From contig NZ_CP036267.1 in NCBI RefSeq assembly GCF_007744255.1, positions 1,985,500 through 2,049,499 of the forward strand: DNA of 64,000 nt, written 5' to 3'. Below the pieces are notes generated by a model. That model saw only the letters and a list, made by a program, of their open reading frames with translations, did not search any database and had not been told where the DNA came from. Shown here piece by piece: positions 61,473-64,000 of the stretch. The stretch comes from Thalassoglobus polymorphus (GTDB lineage: Bacteria > Planctomycetota > Planctomycetia > Planctomycetales > Planctomycetaceae). Position numbers and translations under genes: made by a program. Position 1 is the first letter of the stretch. Each line of letters starts with the position of its first letter.

Positions 61473-61976
61473 ATGACTGAATTAGAAGGCCATTGGCAGC
61501 TTGTGGGTTACGAACACCTTGTCGATGAAATTTTGTATGAGGAAGGCGCTGCTGATCCTCGAATCACTGAGTTGTACGGATGGTTGCTCGGAAGAAGTGA
61601 CGTCAATTCACTCCCCTCGCTCGAATCGCAGGCCGGTCTTGTCTTGCGGATCTGCGATTCGAAATTCGAGGAGGAAGTCACTGGATTTGAGAGACTAATG
61701 TTTGACGCCGATGGCATCCAGGTCAACGACTACCGACCGATGACTGGGGTCGTTTACCAGCGTGAGAGAATCTCTTTTATCAAGCCTTTTGATGCATTTG
61801 TCCAGTCAGATGTCGAACGGTTTCCCAAACTCATTCTCAGATATGACGATGGCGACACTCAAGTCTGTGACAGCCTGCGCCGGTTCGAAGAGAAACTCAT
61901 TCGGCAAGTATCGGTCGTTACGGACGAGATTTATCTTGAACGCATCCTGATGGTGTACTCACGGTATCTTGAGTGA
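61473..61976 (+). CDS. hypothetical protein
   Basis: 167-aa ORF preceded by GGAGG. No recognised domain. Confidence 0.5.
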   Translation: MTELEGHWQLVGYEHLVDEILYEEGAADPRITELYGWLLGRSDVNSLPSLESQAGLVLRICDSKFEEEVTGFERLMFDADGIQVNDYRPMTGVVYQRERISFIKPFDAFVQSDVERFPKLILRYDDGDTQVCDSLRRFEEKLIRQVSVVTDEIYLERILMVYSRYLE

Positions 61977-62116
61977 GAGTTAAGACATGAAAGCAGATTT
62001 AGGTCGTTGCCTGTAGGTCGTTGGGTTTTCGTTGTGTGCGACGATCGTCATTGGAGGGCTGCGGCAGATCGGAATAGGTAAGAACAAAGCTCACCTGGGA
62101 ACTTCACATCACGCGA

Positions 62117-62350
62117 ATGATCAGAATGGACACGAATACCCGTTACAGCGTGCTGGATTATGCCGACTTCAGAAGTGAATATCGTAAAGCTTTCGAAGCA
62201 CAGTCGGTCGTCACCGAAGCTGAACAAGAACGGTTTCGAGAGAAAGTGTTCTCTGTTCAATATGCGATCGAAAGTGAACTTCTTAAGAAGTGGGGATCAG
62301 GTGTCGATTTTGAGATGAGTTGGGATGTGAACTACTGGTACTACGCCTGA
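62117..62350 (+). CDS. small hypothetical protein
   Basis: 77-aa ORF. Weak evidence. Confidence 0.3.
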   Translation: MIRMDTNTRYSVLDYADFRSEYRKAFEAQSVVTEAEQERFREKVFSVQYAIESELLKKWGSGVDFEMSWDVNYWYYA

Positions 62351-62701
62351 GGAGGAATTTACAGCGAGGAAATCTTTAGCAAAGAATATCTCTGGGCGAT
62401 TCGTGAAGCACTACAGTCCGTCGAAGAGAGTGAACGGTGGACTCACACACGGTCTGTGAGATCGAAGTCGATCCGCATGGTAAAACGGCGGCGGAGGCAA
62501 CTTGGTTGTCCAGATTGAATCGATGAGGTTAATGAGTGTTGAGCGAACGTCTTGGCATTGTCCGAGTTGTTACGCAGTTCAGCAATGGGGGATCACAGGA
62601 GTACCTCGACCAAGTCGTCGGCATCGATCATCCGCGAGCGGTGGCCATCGGCGATGGACTTCTGGATCGCGACGGTCACCTCACGAATTACATCTGCCAT
62701 C

Positions 62702-63613
62702 TTACCGAAATTTGTCATATTGAGAATGGGTGAAGAAGACGATTTTGTTCTGTTTGGCAAGTGTTTCAATTTTTCTTAACTGTCCCTTCCAGAACTCTTG
62801 TGCTTTTTCGCTGTTGAGGTAATTTCCCCAGGCTGGCTGTTTCGATTTGTGTTTTGGAGTGTTGTTTTCTGAGGCGAACAGCGAGCTGGGATCGCTGTCG
62901 AAGGTTGATGGTTTTTTCTCAGGGAGTGGTTCACCGACCATCGACTTAAGTTTGTCATAGATGTCTTTGTCTACAAGGTATTTGTTTCTCGAAGCATCCC
63001 AGCGGATTAGATCGAAAGCTTCCTGTGAAAGCTTTACGGACATTTTTTCATAGTAATGTTTCCGATCAAGATGCTTTACATAGATTTCATTTTGATCGAC
63101 GAATGGTTTCATCTTGTCAAAATACTCTGGGTTTCTACGACGATCTGAGTCATAGAAATTCAAATCTTCGGGGGCATCCGCAGCGGCAAGAAAAAAAGCA
63201 TAACGCAAATCATAGGCTTGCCATCGACGCCATGTGTATTTCCCATCGTCTCTGTGTTCCTTCAGGTCACGCATATGCGTTTTGGCATCCTCTTGTTCTG
63301 TTCTGACATGTCGCTTTCGCGTTGCTTCGTAGCTCCATAAAATCTCTTTGACGTTTTTGTGAATACGTCTGCGTTCTTCTATTTCAACTGGTGTTAACGA
63401 GGTTTCTGGTACCTCCTCGCCCGCTTCAGGGATATCAGGAGTCTTCTTCCCAAACACTTCTGCTGGTGACGGAACATTATCGGATTGACCACAGGAAACA
63501 CTCGTGAAACAAACTCCCATCAACATGAAAGCAAAAAGAGTTCGAGCAAATTGAATAGCTGCATTTGAAGGTGCGCTGCAGTATTTATCATATTTATCAA
63601 ACGAAAATATCAT
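62702..63613 (-). CDS. secreted/lipoprotein-like hypothetical protein, Lys/Asp/Tyr-rich
   Basis: 303 aa with a hydrophobic N-terminus (TLFAFMLMGVCFTSVSCG). AT-rich codon usage that is atypical for the window. Confidence 0.5.
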   Translation of the reverse strand: MIFSFDKYDKYCSAPSNAAIQFARTLFAFMLMGVCFTSVSCGQSDNVPSPAEVFGKKTPDIPEAGEEVPETSLTPVEIEERRRIHKNVKEILWSYEATRKRHVRTEQEDAKTHMRDLKEHRDDGKYTWRRWQAYDLRYAFFLAAADAPEDLNFYDSDRRRNPEYFDKMKPFVDQNEIYVKHLDRKHYYEKMSVKLSQEAFDLIRWDASRNKYLVDKDIYDKLKSMVGEPLPEKKPSTFDSDPSSLFASENNTPKHKSKQPAWGNYLNSEKAQEFWKGQLRKIETLAKQNKIVFFTHSQYDKFR

Positions 63614-63699
63614 TCTGTCGCCTTATTCATATACTATAGATACCTAAGTCCAAACGGTGATGATCTCCTCGCGTGTGAATGATAGATCTTGGTCCAAGA

Positions 63700-63957
63700 T
63701 CACCTCGACTCCAACCGATAGACAGCGATCTCACCTTTCACCAGCTTTGTTAAGAACGCGTACCGTCCAGAATAATCCAATCCGATTAGTTCGGTACCAA
63801 TTGGTTTGACGTACTCAAGACCATGATCGACGCCGAATGGAAGAGGATACTTCTTAATTAACCCCTCTTTAATGTCTGCATAATAGAGCCACCGCTTTTG
63901 AAAATTATCCGACTCATCACACTCTAATGTGAACCATGCAACACGATGACCACTCAT
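63700..63957 (-). CDS. hypothetical protein (short ORF near window edge)
   Basis: 85-aa ORF. Weak evidence. Confidence 0.3.
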   Translation of the reverse strand: MSGHRVAWFTLECDESDNFQKRWLYYADIKEGLIKKYPLPFGVDHGLEYVKPIGTELIGLDYSGRYAFLTKLVKGEIAVYRLESR

Positions 63958-64000
63958 ACGAAATGGATTTGAGGGTACTATTTTAAATGTCTCTTGATTT

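Overview
This 64-kb window looks like a chromosomal segment from a Planctomycetota-type genome. Hallmarks are a DUF1559 prepilin-like protein with N-terminal FTLIELLVVIAIIAIL, giant secreted PQQ beta-propeller and multihaem cytochrome c proteins, an LRR protein, and mostly Shine-Dalgarno-poor starts. Genes are densely packed on both strands. Supported content: about 55 CDSs, two tRNAs (tRNA-Ser-GCU on the minus strand, tRNA-Pro-UGG on the plus strand), two families of dispersed non-coding repeats, one 16-bp tandem array, and several hairpins or promoter-like sites.

Main candidate for an undescribed system (25.3-33.7 kb, minus strand): a three-gene operon encoding a YqiJ/NfeD-like membrane protein, a 704-aa flotillin (SPFH) protein, and a giant 1825-aa protein with a single AAA+ module (Walker A SPPGYGKTT) at about residue 1300 and otherwise unrecognisable sequence. 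A perfect 12-bp palindromic hairpin lies in the flotillin-ATPase spacer and an ATGTTGC-N6-GCAACAT palindrome lies at the operon 5' end.

Other notable items: a roughly 79-nt structured repeat in three same-strand copies whose ends pair as RNA through G.U wobbles, one copy sitting directly upstream of a CdaA-YbbR fused diadenylate cyclase. Also a BON/CsbD/Cys-rich four-helix-bundle stress cluster, a persulfide-dioxygenase-rhodanese + split YeeE/YedE + AhpD + disulfide-reductase sulfur module, and an AT-rich orphan-gene islet downstream of tRNA-Pro. No CRISPR array, integrase, transposase or reverse transcriptase was seen.
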